Shown piece by piece: positions 38,972 through 48,936 of a stretch of 64,000 bases of DNA; the stretch's first letter is position 1, and every line of letters starts with the position of its first letter. The position numbers were made by a program, and so were the translations under genes. The notes beneath the pieces were generated by a model, which did not search any database, was not told the DNA's origin, and worked only from the letters and a program-made list of their open reading frames with translations. Source of the DNA: a virus (lineage: Duplodnaviria > Heunggongvirae > Uroviricota > Caudoviricetes); IMG/VR virus record IMGVR_UViG_2851955134_000009; one strand, 5' to 3'.

Positions 38972-39185
38972 TTTGCTGTCCCGCGTTATGTTGTCGGAGA
39001 CAGTTTGTGAGAAATGCGGGCCCGGCGATTTTAATCTGCTTTAGAAAACATCAGGGGAGAAGGACAGGGAAAGCAATGTGGTGAACCGGAGGCAGTTATA
39101 AAACAGAGGCTGTAAAGCCTTTATAAAGGTAATACAGCCCCTCATTCGCTGGCAATGATAAATCACCCGCCTGAAGAGAGAAAAC

Positions 39186-39644
39186 TCAGCGACGGGCCGC
39201 TGCTTCAAGATGGCGGACAATGGTATCGAGGATGGGGACTACCACTTCAGGCTGTAGCTCTCCATCCTCCGTCACCGGCAGGAACGGGCGGGCCGGAAGT
39301 TCAACAGACTCATTACGCCCCGTTTTACCCCCGAACTGGTGAATGGCACCGTAAACAACGTTGGTCCCCACAACAGCCTGCCGGTCGTCATGCTCGGTTG
39401 ATACTGACCCCATCAGACGCCCGGTATCCTGCAGTGTCTGTCCGTTACGTTCTTCCGCTGCCAGCGAGGGCATCCACCCCGGACGCCCCTCATCAAGAAA
39501 GTTAAACTGTGTTTCCGCCAGCAGGGTTCCGGCGATTTTGCGCATCGCAGGCTCCATGTCTGTGGCAGCCAGATCCAGCGCACGGAGGCTCCGGCGCAGG
39601 GATTTATCATTAATGGTGACACTGACCAGGTTATCGGAAGCCAT
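39186..39644 (-). CDS. Virion morphogenesis protein (Mu G-like)
   Basis: 152 aa between F-like and protease. Confidence 0.65.
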   Translation of the reverse strand: MASDNLVSVTINDKSLRRSLRALDLAATDMEPAMRKIAGTLLAETQFNFLDEGRPGWMPSLAAEERNGQTLQDTGRLMGSVSTEHDDRQAVVGTNVVYGAIHQFGGKTGRNESVELPARPFLPVTEDGELQPEVVVPILDTIVRHLEAAARR

Positions 39645-39646
39645 TG

Positions 39647-40468
39647 TTATCCTCTCAGTTCCTGTTGTGCCAGTGGCTGAAGCGTACCCTGATAGCGGGC
39701 CAGGTCGGGACGGTATGCTGCCCCCGGTGCATAAGACCAGCCGACGTCGGTGGTCACCTTCGTGGTGCCGGTATTAAAGGTGGCCACGTTCCACATTTCG
39801 CCGGTTTTCTCTGAGACCAGTTTCAGTTCCTGGCCCATGGCAGAGCCGGAGCTGATAACCTTCAGGCCACGGGCACGTACATCCGCCGCACTCAGGGCAA
39901 TCACACTACAGCGGCAGCGCCAGCCGTTCGGCGGGTAAAATGCCTGCCAGAACGGGTCATCCCAGCGCAGCACCAGACCATGCAGCGCCAGATGGCTCCT
40001 GCGGGTATGGCTGTCGTTGATGCCGGTATACATCCAGTACGGCCTGTCGTCGACGTTTTCCATCTGCTCCGCCCAACGACCGGCGCTGTAGAGTACGGAC
40101 ATATTGGTGCGAAAGATGGTATCGAGCCGCCACGGACTGCCCTGCTGAATGGTGACCGGCTCACCCGTTACCGGGTCAGTCGTGTCACGCGGTCCCCACC
40201 ATCCCCTGCGCTTCAGCGCCGGCTCCAGCTCCTGCCGGAACCAGCGATCGGTTTTTCCTTCATCAACAGCCTGCTGCAGTGTCCCGCGAATATCTTCCAG
40301 AATATCCAGGCGGGTCACTTTAGCGACGGTAAAGGCGCGGGCATGGGCGTCCTGCCACATTTCTTCCTGGTCCCAGGTAATCTGATACCCTTTGGACTTC
40401 AGGTAGCTGACTGCCCGCTTCGGGGGAAGCGTCATGCAGTACGCCAGTTCAGCCGTTGTCACGCTCAT
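39647..40468 (-). CDS. Minor head protein (Mu F-like)
   Basis: Start set to ATG at 40468 (GGGGG RBS); about 273 aa; follows portal. Confidence 0.7.
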   Translation of the reverse strand: MSVTTAELAYCMTLPPKRAVSYLKSKGYQITWDQEEMWQDAHARAFTVAKVTRLDILEDIRGTLQQAVDEGKTDRWFRQELEPALKRRGWWGPRDTTDPVTGEPVTIQQGSPWRLDTIFRTNMSVLYSAGRWAEQMENVDDRPYWMYTGINDSHTRRSHLALHGLVLRWDDPFWQAFYPPNGWRCRCSVIALSAADVRARGLKVISSGSAMGQELKLVSEKTGEMWNVATFNTGTTKVTTDVGWSYAPGAAYRPDLARYQGTLQPLAQQELRG

Positions 40469-41945
40469 GCAGCTGCCCCCAGATATTTGCCACAAAGAGA
40501 ATACGGGCCAGCCGCTCCTGCAGATCGTCCGTGTTCATCTGAGGGTAGAGCTCCGCCAGTTCGCCCAGCAGCTCAGTCGGGTTAACCCCGTTTTCGACCC
40601 GTCTGAACAGAGGTGCCAGGACGGGTTCCAGCGTGCCATTTAACACACCTCCGTTCATCAGAATGTCCAGCGCGTCGTCAAGCTGCTGCTGAGCCTGAAT
40701 ATCGGCATCAATCGCCTCGGCAAATGACAGCGGCAGCATGTTCTTCTCGCATTCTGACGGTGGTGTCTCGTCAATATCGCCGTCCTGCAGCTGGTACTCA
40801 CGCTTGAAGTATTGCGGGGTCAGACGCAGACCCGCCCGGGTGAGTTTTTCATCGCGGGTGGCACGGGTGTCATCAATGGCCTCCTGTTCCCACATGGCCC
40901 AGACCGGACACGGCACATCGCCGAAGTTCAGGGTGACCACCGTTCTTATGACCTGATTCACTGCCGCCTGAATGATGTCCGCATCCGCATCGCGGATATC
41001 AGCCGTCACCTCCAGCCCGGCCTGTGCAGAGGCCTTGTTACTGTTCGCTTCCGTGGTCTGATTCTGACCGAGTAATGCAATGGAGATCTCACTGCGTGAC
41101 AGTGTGATCAGCTCGCGGAATACCTCGCTGCTGTCCGCCTTGCCATCCGCTGCTTTGAGTTCGATGCTGCTGTCATCAGGGATGGCGGCCACCGCGTCCT
41201 CCACCATCTGCTCCATGGAGTCCAGCAGTTTTTCAATCTCTGCATCATTTGCACCCCTCGGGTGCTTACCGATGACCCAGGGGGAGCCAAACTTTTCGGC
41301 AAAGCGGAGCCAGAATTTCATCCCGCCTTTCTTGAAGGCGACCGGCCAGAAGCACATGGACAGGTCCGGGAAACCGTAAGGATTGTCATACGAGGCATCC
41401 TGTGCCGGCACCACGAATTTTGACGGTGACAGCAGCTCACCCTCCACACCCGCATCACGAGCCCGGAAGCGCAGGCAGTTGTCCGTATCAAACTGAAACC
41501 ACTCAGGCGGTTTGCCGACAATATCCGTCACCGCCCACGCCCTGACCGAACGGCCCCACATGATTTCACAGGGCTGATACCCGTAGAGCACGGCATCGCT
41601 CATCTCACCGATGATGCGGGACAGATCCAGATCGTCGAGCATGTCGCGGATGAAACGGAAGACCCGGGCAGAAGCGTGACCGCGCTCCAGTCCACGTTCC
41701 AGCGATTTGACCGCTGCTTTACGTCTGCGGATACAGCCCCCGACCAGCGGGTCGGTGCGCAGTTCGCGGTAGATACGGATATCCCGTCCCTGAGCCTTGA
41801 GAATGGGATCAGGGTTGGGCAGGTACATTCCCAGAGCGTAAAAGTCGATGGCGCGGCTGCGGGAGGCAATCTGCGCGGTCAGTGACTTTTTGGGTTCGGC
41901 AAACGCCACGAACTCATCGGGTGAAACCCAGATACCTTTTGCCAT
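40449..41945 (-). CDS. Portal protein (Mu gp29-like)
   Basis: 498 aa, ATGA overlap with terminase large subunit. Confidence 0.8.
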   Translation of the reverse strand: MAKGIWVSPDEFVAFAEPKKSLTAQIASRSRAIDFYALGMYLPNPDPILKAQGRDIRIYRELRTDPLVGGCIRRRKAAVKSLERGLERGHASARVFRFIRDMLDDLDLSRIIGEMSDAVLYGYQPCEIMWGRSVRAWAVTDIVGKPPEWFQFDTDNCLRFRARDAGVEGELLSPSKFVVPAQDASYDNPYGFPDLSMCFWPVAFKKGGMKFWLRFAEKFGSPWVIGKHPRGANDAEIEKLLDSMEQMVEDAVAAIPDDSSIELKAADGKADSSEVFRELITLSRSEISIALLGQNQTTEANSNKASAQAGLEVTADIRDADADIIQAAVNQVIRTVVTLNFGDVPCPVWAMWEQEAIDDTRATRDEKLTRAGLRLTPQYFKREYQLQDGDIDETPPSECEKNMLPLSFAEAIDADIQAQQQLDDALDILMNGGVLNGTLEPVLAPLFRRVENGVNPTELLGELAELYPQMNTDDLQERLARILFVANIWGQLHERDNG

Positions 41946-43468
41946 CAGAATCCCTCCAGCATACGGGCCGCCTGACGACGACGTCGTGAGCTTGCCTTCA
42001 CCGGCCCTTTGTTAATTTCACGGCTGGCGAAATACGCCAGCGCCAGTGCGATGGCTGAATCCCCGTGGCGTTTACCACCATCAGCCTTTGCTTTTGAGCG
42101 TTGTTCCGGCACGCGGGGGACACCGTTCACCACCTGAACGGCCCGCAGGTCATCCAGTGTGTCTTCATCTTTTGGTAAGTCCAGCAGGTTACCGTCTTCC
42201 AGTGCAGCTTTGACCGGAGGCATATGCTCCCGGTACCAGCCTTCGGTTGGCATCACCTGCTGAACCCGGCTGGAGCCGTAGCGCTGCATGGCGTATTCAG
42301 CCAGATAGGCACCATTACCACGGGCATCAAATGCTGCACCCAGCAGACCGGGCAGGCCATCCATCAGATACCAGGTGATTTGCTCCTGCTGTCTGAACGG
42401 CACGTTACGCAGCTCCAGTACGAATGGCACGCGTCGTACCAGGTTCTTCTCCTGCAGCAGGGGATAGTCCACCGACAAATCACCGCTGCGACCAAAGTCG
42501 CGCCCCAGGAAAGAGCGGGCATCAGTGGGGAGTGCCTCCAGCAAGGGTTTCAGATGCTCATCAAGCCAGTCCTGTGTCTCGTGGAAGCGAACCTCATCAG
42601 ACAGCAGTTCATAACCTTCCTTGCAGGTCAGACGCAATACTGGCGTATCAGCGGACATTCGGGACTCTATCAGGGCACGGGACAGCCAGGCACCGCCACC
42701 GTTGGCCGGAATACAGTCAAGCTCTTCGGATGCGCCGGCACCGTAGAATTTGTACACCGACGCCATCCAGGCCAGCTCGGATGCCTCCGACCATTCCTTC
42801 CCGGTGCGCAGACAAACGCGCTGGAACAGCCCCTCAGATACGGCTTCCCGGAAAGTGATGCGATGTACGCTGCCTCCCTGACGTCCGGCACGGATATCTC
42901 CGATAAGCGTACTGAATGGATTGTCGTCACCGTCATGGGTGGAGATAACGCGTACCTTGCCCCCCCAGATAAGCATCGCCAGCGCCGCTTTCAGCAGTTC
43001 GTCCAGTTGCTCATGGAACGCCGCTTCGTCGATAACAATAATACCCTGACGGCCACGCAGGTTAGACGGGCGGCTGGAGAGCGCGACAATGCGAAAGCCG
43101 GAGTCAGGAAATTTGATGGTGTAAGTCCTGATGTGTTTGTCGTCGTCGTCCTCTTCCCAGAATCCTTCTTCAATTTCACTGGCCGCATAGTTGAATGCCC
43201 GTGCCCACATCGCACACGCCTGAATGTATTCGACGGTCATGTCCTGGTTATAAGCGATGTAATACACATTCATCCCGCCTGCTGGCGCAGAAGAGGCGGC
43301 GGTCAGTACGTTATCGGATGCCTCAGCCCATGTAATACCGGTACGACGGCTCTTTTCTATCACCTTAAGCGGAGAGGCATCTGCCACCCAGCGCTGCTGG
43401 TAGGGCAACAGAACGGGAGGGGCATCATAACCGGAAGTGTCTGGTATTACCGGCGTGAACTGGCTCAT
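41945..43468 (-). CDS. Terminase large subunit
   Basis: 507 aa, position upstream of portal. Confidence 0.8.
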   Translation of the reverse strand: MSQFTPVIPDTSGYDAPPVLLPYQQRWVADASPLKVIEKSRRTGITWAEASDNVLTAASSAPAGGMNVYYIAYNQDMTVEYIQACAMWARAFNYAASEIEEGFWEEDDDDKHIRTYTIKFPDSGFRIVALSSRPSNLRGRQGIIVIDEAAFHEQLDELLKAALAMLIWGGKVRVISTHDGDDNPFSTLIGDIRAGRQGGSVHRITFREAVSEGLFQRVCLRTGKEWSEASELAWMASVYKFYGAGASEELDCIPANGGGAWLSRALIESRMSADTPVLRLTCKEGYELLSDEVRFHETQDWLDEHLKPLLEALPTDARSFLGRDFGRSGDLSVDYPLLQEKNLVRRVPFVLELRNVPFRQQEQITWYLMDGLPGLLGAAFDARGNGAYLAEYAMQRYGSSRVQQVMPTEGWYREHMPPVKAALEDGNLLDLPKDEDTLDDLRAVQVVNGVPRVPEQRSKAKADGGKRHGDSAIALALAYFASREINKGPVKASSRRRRQAARMLEGF

Positions 43469-44013
43469 GTGGCAATCCCCAGAATCTCGCGACGAAGTGC
43501 CTGTACTGCGTCGCTTGACAATCCGCCCTTACGGGCAATTTTCTCGGCCGCATTCGCTGCAAGTTCTGCTTTTTCCTTGACCTCACTCTGAAAACGCTTG
43601 AGATTGACAGAGGCGCGGGTCAGGGTCGCAATATTGCGGGAAGCGGTGGCCAGCAATTTCGCCCGATCAGTCGGATCATTCTCGTCACTGACTTGTTGCA
43701 GACGCATCAGGATGTCGATCATCTCCGTCTGGATCAACGTCATCAGTCCCGCAGAACGGTCATCCGCATCATCCCCCGCTTCACGAGCCATCAGCCTGGC
43801 TGCTTCAGTTGCCGCACGAACACGGGCCAGTTGCTGCTCCATTTTGTAGCCGAACCGCTGCAGGGAGGAGCGGGTTATCACATATCCCCTCTCTTTTAAC
43901 AAACTTTCAAGTTCAGCATAGCCGGTGAAATTATTCTCCGTCAGCGCCCGCTCCAGCCAGCGGCGGACATCCGTCGGCAGAGAATCAATGCTGCTGCGAC
44001 GTCCCATAATCAC
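43465..44013 (-). CDS. Terminase small subunit-like protein (Mu gp27 position)
   Basis: 182 aa helical protein directly upstream of terminase large subunit. Confidence 0.55.
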   Translation of the reverse strand: MIMGRRSSIDSLPTDVRRWLERALTENNFTGYAELESLLKERGYVITRSSLQRFGYKMEQQLARVRAATEAARLMAREAGDDADDRSAGLMTLIQTEMIDILMRLQQVSDENDPTDRAKLLATASRNIATLTRASVNLKRFQSEVKEKAELAANAAEKIARKGGLSSDAVQALRREILGIAT

Positions 44014-44321
44014 TCACTCCAGTATTTTTCCGGTCGGGCAATACCCGGGCCGCATTCCACGGTGTATTCCACAATATCCACACCAAGGCGACTCAGATCG
44101 GCAAACCAGTCACCGGACGGTCTCTTCTCCAGCTCCACCATTTTGCGATCTGCCAGATAATCAAGCTCCCGGCGCAGCTCCAGTTGCGTGGTGTCCGGGT
44201 AGATGGCGCGGGACACGTCCAGCAGCAGCGTCTCGCTGGCGGTGTAAGGGCGGGTTTTGTTCAGGGCAACCAGCAGACTCCAGCGCAGGGATTCACGGCG
44301 TACCCGGGTAATATCGACCAT
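44010..44321 (-). CDS. Hypothetical protein
   Basis: 103-aa ORF coupled to neighbours. Confidence 0.45.
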   Translation of the reverse strand: MVDITRVRRESLRWSLLVALNKTRPYTASETLLLDVSRAIYPDTTQLELRRELDYLADRKMVELEKRPSGDWFADLSRLGVDIVEYTVECGPGIARPEKYWSE

Positions 44322-44647
44322 TATTGACCTCCGGTATTGCGGTACTGCTGTACCACTTCCAGTTTGTTGTAAAGCGCGTCCAGTTTGGCCTCGATGACTG
44401 TCTGGCCACGGATATAATCCTCGCGACGGACATAATTCAGCGGTAAATCCGCTTTAAATCGCATAAATTCTTTTTCCAGCTCGCCCCAGTTGGATGCAGA
44501 CTGTTGCAGGGCCTGTTCAAGAGAGGCGAATCGTGCCGCCTGGCGTTCTTCTGTTTTACTGAACAACCATTTGGCGAGCCCTCCCACAAACCCCATGAAG
44601 GTGAGCAAAAAACTCACCACCGTCCAGAATTCAACCTGCAGTGTCAT
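44321..44647 (-). CDS. Membrane protein, lysis-region
   Basis: 108 aa with N-terminal TM helix. Confidence 0.5.
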   Translation of the reverse strand: MTLQVEFWTVVSFLLTFMGFVGGLAKWLFSKTEERQAARFASLEQALQQSASNWGELEKEFMRFKADLPLNYVRREDYIRGQTVIEAKLDALYNKLEVVQQYRNTGGQ

Positions 44648-45294
44648 TTCTGTAATCCTTCCCGTTCATCCAGTAGCGCGTTTATCTGGTTCCGCCAGCG
44701 ACGACATTGCCCTGCGTTGTCGATGATGTTGGCGAGAACGTCACGCTGGGAGACGCCTGAGTCGCGTAGCCAGGCGTCAGCGGTTTCAGGTTGCCCGGTC
44801 GCTGTGCCAGAGCGGGTGCCAGTGGCGGCAACTGAGTCTGAATGACCGCTGTCGACGGATGCGTTGTCATATCCGAGTGCGGCGTTGTACTGGCGCACGA
44901 AACCGCGAGTAAACACGCACTCAATGGGATGGCTCTTACCTTTTTCATCAATCCAGCGCTGTGTGACATCGTTAATTTGCCCCTGTAGTTGTTTATTCCG
45001 GCTCTCCAGTTGAGCAATCTGCTCAAGGTAACTGGCTTCAGCCTGCTGCCCGGCGGCCACCTGCTCCTGATACCGTTTTGCCCAGGCCCGCAACGCAGCG
45101 TTCTCAAGCGTTGCCTGCTCCGTTTTGTATTTGTCGAATGCTGACTGCAACTGACTGAGCGCGGTATTACCGTCACGCTTTGCAGAGTCATGACCACTGC
45201 TGTATCCCATGGCATACAGGCCGACCAGAAAGGCATTGATAAGAATGGCCAGCAGAATGCCGCGCCACGGCAGCTTTTTAACCAGATGCCACAC
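44644..45294 (-). CDS. Spanin-like lysis protein (TM plus coiled coil)
   Basis: Start set to GTG at 45294 with GGGAGG RBS; TM GILLAILINAFLVGLYAMGY then coiled coil. Confidence 0.55.
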   Translation of the reverse strand: MWHLVKKLPWRGILLAILINAFLVGLYAMGYSSGHDSAKRDGNTALSQLQSAFDKYKTEQATLENAALRAWAKRYQEQVAAGQQAEASYLEQIAQLESRNKQLQGQINDVTQRWIDEKGKSHPIECVFTRGFVRQYNAALGYDNASVDSGHSDSVAATGTRSGTATGQPETADAWLRDSGVSQRDVLANIIDNAGQCRRWRNQINALLDEREGLQK

Positions 45295-46018
45295 AACTGC
45301 TGCCTCCCCATGTGAGATATCGCGGTGCCAGCTCGCGCAGGATGCGTTGTGGATAATGGCGGTTCTCCCGCCAGCTGGCAGCATTGCGTCCGGCATTCAC
45401 CGTGGCGACATGTCCGAACCAGCGCTGACTGTCCAGCCCCAGATATGCGGCGAGCCGCTGGTCACGGCGCACCCAGCCCGGGCCACCGTTATAGCCCGAC
45501 AGTGTCATGGCCATACGCTCGCAGTCGCTGGCGGCACTGATGCGCTGCCACAGCCAGCGGTCATAACTGACCAGCGCCCGGATAGCCCATGCCGGATTAA
45601 ACGGCTCTCGACTGCTCAGCGCCGGCATCAACTGGCTTATCCAGTCGGCAGTGGCAGGCATAAACTGCGCCAGTCCCTGAGCCCCCACCGGCGAGATCGC
45701 ATCAGGTCGCCAGCCGCTTTCCTGATGCAGTTGCGCAGCGAAATCAGCCACCGGCGCAGACAGTCCCCATTCAAGCCGGGCATTACGGATCACATCATCG
45801 CGATACTGCAGGGCAGCCCGCGGGGGCTGTGCTGCGGATGCCTGACTGAAAAAGCCACCACACCAGAGCAACATTGCGACAAAGAATACCCATGCCATAT
45901 GAACCAGAAAGGTCCCGGCGCGGACTGACAGGCGTTCGGTTCTGATGAAGACCCGAAAGGCTTCGAAAGCCAGTTTCAGGGACATGCATACAATCCAGGT
46001 GATCTGCGGCCAGTTCAT
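45278..46018 (-). CDS. Lytic transglycosylase endolysin with N-terminal membrane anchor
   Basis: SLT-type motif (LHQESGWRP...AQGLAQFMPAT) and hydrophobic N-terminus; follows holin-like gene. Confidence 0.75.
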   Translation of the reverse strand: MNWPQITWIVCMSLKLAFEAFRVFIRTERLSVRAGTFLVHMAWVFFVAMLLWCGGFFSQASAAQPPRAALQYRDDVIRNARLEWGLSAPVADFAAQLHQESGWRPDAISPVGAQGLAQFMPATADWISQLMPALSSREPFNPAWAIRALVSYDRWLWQRISAASDCERMAMTLSGYNGGPGWVRRDQRLAAYLGLDSQRWFGHVATVNAGRNAASWRENRHYPQRILRELAPRYLTWGGSSCVASG

Positions 46019-46020
46019 GA

Positions 46021-46371
46021 TTAAAGCCCCATCGCAACAGCCAGACAGACAGCTGCAACAATCAGTGCACGACGAAGCAGGGCGGCAGCAAACACCAGAT
46101 GAAGCCCGGTCTGTACGGGCCAGCGCCCCTCAGCCATGAGGCGCTCGTCATGCTTCAGGTACTGCCCCGGGCGGGCCTTCGGGAAGAGCGAGCGGTCCAG
46201 CCAGTAGCCGAGAACGGAGGCGAGGGAGATGAGAGAGAGCTTGTACACCACCACCGGCAGCTGCTGGGGCGAGACCAGCGCGATGATGAGGAGCAGCAGT
46301 ACGGCGGCAACAAGCCAGCCACGCAGGCGGGTTTTTTGTACGTCTGCGATAAGGGAGGTGAGTTTTTTCAT
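46021..46371 (-). CDS. Holin-like membrane protein
   Basis: 116 aa with 2-3 TM helices, first gene of leftward late/lysis operon. Confidence 0.55.
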   Translation of the reverse strand: MKKLTSLIADVQKTRLRGWLVAAVLLLLIIALVSPQQLPVVVYKLSLISLASVLGYWLDRSLFPKARPGQYLKHDERLMAEGRWPVQTGLHLVFAAALLRRALIVAAVCLAVAMGL

Positions 46372-46503
46372 AAAGATGTCTCCTTGTGTAGTGGAGACAG
46401 CATCACAAATACGGGGCGCGAAGGATTTTAAAGCGCGTTAAGAGAGCCGGGGATACGGGATGCGCAGAATAAACGATGAATTATTCACAGAGGAGAATAC
46501 GAT

Positions 46504-47247
46504 ATGACGCACACACTGAATCCGGTCATCACTGTCACTGTGTCCGGTCCTGTGGGCAGCGGTAAAAGTTACGTACTGGCGCGGATAGAAGAGATGGTGA
46601 AACAGGAACTCGGAAACAGCGTCATTGTCGATGCTGCTGACGTGGAGAATGAGCGCCGTATGAGTGGCGATGATCTGACGACCTGGCAGAAGCCACGGGC
46701 TGGCACAGTGATCAGGCTGGAGGAATACACGGGACAGGGCCTGTTGTCATACGGCGAGGAGCGTATCTGTCGGACGAATGAGCTGCTGGATGTTATATGC
46801 CCCGCGGGCCGGCAACCCTGGATACTGCCCGATGCACTGCATGCCACCATTGCGGCACTGATGACAGTTTACGATCAGGAACTGCTCATGAAGGAGTTAC
46901 GTAAACTCACCGGTCAGCCAACAGAATGTTTTTCGGCCCCGAAGTACGGGAAGCAGGAACACATCCCGGTGAACACAATCCCCGTTAACCAGCCTCCCCG
47001 GTTCTTCGACGAATACATTCTGACACCGGAAAATAAAGCTGAGCATGAAGAGATCAAAGAGGCGTTGTTCCGGGAAATCAGGAAGATTGCTGAAATGCAA
47101 CTGGGGGGCGGGCTGGACAGAGTGATGGCGAGAGGAGAATGGGAGTCGCTGTTTGAAAGAGTTTCCCCGGAATTACTGCCCCTCGCACTGGCTATCGGGA
47201 TTATGCAGACAGCAGATAAACCTCACTTACGTTCATCAAACACGTAG
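46504..47247 (+). CDS. P-loop NTPase of unknown function (accessory)
   Basis: 247 aa; Walker A GPVGSGKS at residues 15-22; lies between lysis genes and repressor. Confidence 0.55.
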   Translation: MTHTLNPVITVTVSGPVGSGKSYVLARIEEMVKQELGNSVIVDAADVENERRMSGDDLTTWQKPRAGTVIRLEEYTGQGLLSYGEERICRTNELLDVICPAGRQPWILPDALHATIAALMTVYDQELLMKELRKLTGQPTECFSAPKYGKQEHIPVNTIPVNQPPRFFDEYILTPENKAEHEEIKEALFREIRKIAEMQLGGGLDRVMARGEWESLFERVSPELLPLALAIGIMQTADKPHLRSSNT

Positions 47248-47300
47248 CGCAGAATATTTTGCCGGTGAGTACATAAAAATCATCATTTAAGGAGTGCATC

Positions 47301-47516
47301 ATGAATCCCCGATTAACGTTAACAGAACATCAGCGCCGTGCTGAAGCAGTGAACAATGTTCTGGAAGATATTATCCGGTTACATCGCGGAGAACTGAGTG
47401 TCTGTCGTGCCGCTTTTCATTTTCAGGGAATACAAAAGCAGTTTGATACTTCTGTTTTTGCAGAAGGTATTACTTATGCCCTGGACCGGATAAGGTCAGA
47501 AAATCGCCCCGGATAA
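47301..47516 (+). CDS. Hypothetical small protein
   Basis: 71 aa; AAGGAG RBS. Confidence 0.5.
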   Translation: MNPRLTLTEHQRRAEAVNNVLEDIIRLHRGELSVCRAAFHFQGIQKQFDTSVFAEGITYALDRIRSENRPG

Positions 47517-47707
47517 TCCCTAAACCACATTAACAGAAATCCCACTATCCCTGCCGCATCATGAAAGAACGACCAGCCCGGTGCTTCGGACCCACCGGGC
47601 TGGCCATCGTCCCACAGAAGTGGCTGTGAGCCGACCGAGGTTCAGTCAGTCTCGCGAGACCAGACTAGCCTGCCATATTTTTAATAATTGTAAAAGGCTT
47701 ACAGATT

Positions 47708-48472
47708 ATGAAAATGCAGACATTACCCATCGTTCCATGGATTGGTGGCAAACGCCGCCTTGCAAAACACATTCTGCCGCTGTTTCCGGCGCATGAATGT
47801 TATGTGGAGCCGTTTTGTGGGGCAGCAGCGCTCTATTTTCTTAAGACACCCGGCAAGATCGAAGTCATCAATGATATCAACGGTGAACTGGTGAATCTGT
47901 ACCGGGTGGTAAAGCATCACCTGGAAGAATTTGTCCGCCAGTTCAAATGGGCGCTGGTCAGCCGTCAGATCTACAAATGGCTGCAGATCACCCCGGAAGA
48001 AACACTGACGGATATCCAGCGTGCGGCACGGTTCTACTACCTTCAGAAGCAGGCGTTTGGCGGCAAGGTGGCAGAGCACAGCTTCGGTACCTCCACCACA
48101 TCCCCGCCACGCTTCAACCTGCTGCGTATTGAAGAAGAACTGTCAGCGGCACACCTGCGGCTTTCCAGAACAGTCATAGAACACATGGACTGGCAACAGT
48201 GCATTGAGCGTTATGATCGTCCGCACACGCTGTTCTACTGCGACCCACCGTACCTGGGTACGGAAGGCTATGGTGTGGATTTTCCTGAAGGGAACTACTC
48301 GCGGCTGGCAGAGCTGGCCCGGTGCATCAGAGGAAAAATGATAATTTCGGTGAACGACATCCCGCAGATGCGCGAGGTGTTCACTGGACTGAACATACAG
48401 ACAGTGAATATCAACTACAGTCTGGCGGGTAAATCCACGCCGCGCCGTGAACTGCTAATCTGCAACTTCTGA
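47708..48472 (+). CDS. DNA N6-adenine methyltransferase (Dam-like, orphan)
   Basis: 254 aa; PWIGGKRRL N-terminal motif and DPPY catalytic motif (LFYCDPPYLGT); no restriction partner. Confidence 0.85.
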   Translation: MKMQTLPIVPWIGGKRRLAKHILPLFPAHECYVEPFCGAAALYFLKTPGKIEVINDINGELVNLYRVVKHHLEEFVRQFKWALVSRQIYKWLQITPEETLTDIQRAARFYYLQKQAFGGKVAEHSFGTSTTSPPRFNLLRIEEELSAAHLRLSRTVIEHMDWQQCIERYDRPHTLFYCDPPYLGTEGYGVDFPEGNYSRLAELARCIRGKMIISVNDIPQMREVFTGLNIQTVNINYSLAGKSTPRRELLICNF

Positions 48473-48588
48473 AACAAAACCGGAAAGCACAATGCTTTCC
48501 GGTAAACCAAACAACTTCCACTATGTCACTGGCGATGTTTTCTGAAATCATCCAGATCAACCACCTGTCTTTTGTGTCCGGGTCAGTA

Positions 48589-48936
48589 TCAGCCTGCGAT
48601 TTTTCCTGGTTTTGGCTGAGTATAGAAGCGCCCAACCTCAAGAAATGAGCGTCGTTGCTCCGGAGTCATTTCATCAAATGCGTCCATTAATTTCTGTTTG
48701 TCTGGTGACATTTTTGGGATAGCGTTGGTAGTTGCATCCCCTCTCTGTCCCGTAACAACGTAAAGCACGTCAAGCCCCAAAGTAGCCCAAATTGCCAAAG
48801 CATCTGCTCCGGGAGCGGATTCATCCTTTTCCCACCGCAATTGGCTTTTATAGGATGCCCCCACCAATTCAGCAAACTCAGACTGACTAAATCCTAGGCG
48901 GTTTCGTTCTTCTTTTAATCGTGAACCAAGTGACAT
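48589..48936 (-). CDS. Repressor-like HTH protein (XRE/Cro-C1 type)
   Basis: 115 aa; HTH (RLGFSQSEFAELVGASYKSQLRWE); divergent from Ner-like early operon. Confidence 0.7.
   Translation of the reverse strand: MSLGSRLKEERNRLGFSQSEFAELVGASYKSQLRWEKDESAPGADALAIWATLGLDVLYVVTGQRGDATTNAIPKMSPDKQKLMDAFDEMTPEQRRSFLEVGRFYTQPKPGKIAG

Noticed and set aside
47573-47603. Perfect 11-bp GC-rich hairpin CCAGCCCGGTG-(9 nt)-CACCGGGCTGG upstream of the Dam-like gene
   Set aside because: No U-tract on the plus strand and only a weak one on the minus strand; not a convincing intrinsic terminator. It may be an RNA structure or protein-binding site but cannot be assigned from sequence.
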